A stretch of DNA of 64,000 nt from Anaerolineales bacterium (GTDB lineage Bacteria > Chloroflexota > Anaerolineae > Anaerolineales > E44-bin32): contig JARRJK010000027.1 of the NCBI GenBank assembly GCA_037379555.1, positions 1,285-65,284 of the forward strand, written 5' to 3'. Below, in pieces: positions 63,711-64,000 of this stretch (positions are counted from its first letter, which is position 1; the number at the start of each line of letters is the position of its first letter). The translations under genes were made by a program, and so were the position numbers. Below the pieces are notes generated by a model, which saw nothing but the letters and a program-made list of their open reading frames with translations, had not been told where the DNA came from and did not search any database.

Positions 63711-64000
63711 CTAGAACGGGATATCATCCTCGGTTTCGACGGGTGAGGATGACCCGCTGTCGCTCGAATCGTAGCTGGAGTCATCCCGCCCGCCGAGGAA
63801 GCGGACGGTCTGAGCGGAGAGCTCAAACGAGGCGGCCGGTGAGCCGTCCTGGCGGTTCCAGATACGCGGGTTGCCATTCTCGTCCGGCACCAGCCGGCCT
63901 TCGATCAGCACCTGTCGGCCTTTGCGCAGGTATTGATTCACCGTCTCGGCCTGGCGGCCCCAGACGGATACGCGGAACCAGATCGTCTCGTCGCGCAGTT
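63711..64000 (-). CDS. ssb: single-stranded DNA-binding protein, partial; the N-terminus lies beyond the window end
   Basis: The frame is open to the window edge: ...LRDETIWFRVSVWGRQAETVNQYLRKGRQVLIEGRL...FLGGRDD...ETEDDIPF. It has an OB fold, a Gly/Ser/Asp-rich tail and the canonical DDIPF tip. Confidence 0.92.
   Translation of the reverse strand, partial: LRDETIWFRVSVWGRQAETVNQYLRKGRQVLIEGRLVPDENGNPRIWNRQDGSPAASFELSAQTVRFLGGRDDSSYDSSDSGSSSPVETEDDIPF

Overview
This is a GC-rich bacterial chromosomal segment. The gene content (a DUF11 giant adhesin with a sortase domain, TadE/TadG-like pseudopilins, a translin-family protein, many lipoproteins) suggests a Chloroflexota-like monoderm, but that is inference only. 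I call about 55 protein-coding genes. Housekeeping genes: ftsH, clpC, recN, nadK, mutY, ssb, pgl and an aminotransferase. Envelope and transport genes: mntH, VIT1, AI-2E, EamA, a MacB-like ABC pair and DoxX. There is also one canonical OmpR-type two-component system, and no rRNA, tRNA, CRISPR array or transposase. Items worth a second look: (1) A roughly 2,745-codon DUF11-repeat surface protein ends in an LPETG sorting motif followed directly by a sortase catalytic domain. Its reading frame is broken by an 8-bp tandem duplication. (2) A c-di-GMP-I (GEMM-I) riboswitch with an intrinsic terminator sits in front of an orphan tadE-tadE-tadG-like operon. (3) A LysW-like zinc-ribbon protein, a Ddl-like ATP-grasp ligase and lysine 2,3-aminomutase form one operon. 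(4) A bipartite intergenic motif (CTTnAn-N18-TAAAGAC) occurs at least five times in the first 17 kb, always co-oriented with the downstream gene and surrounding the two-component system. (5) At least seven genes are disrupted by frameshifts, internal deletions or in-frame TGA codons. All calls come from reading the sequence and the ORF track by eye; no searches were run.
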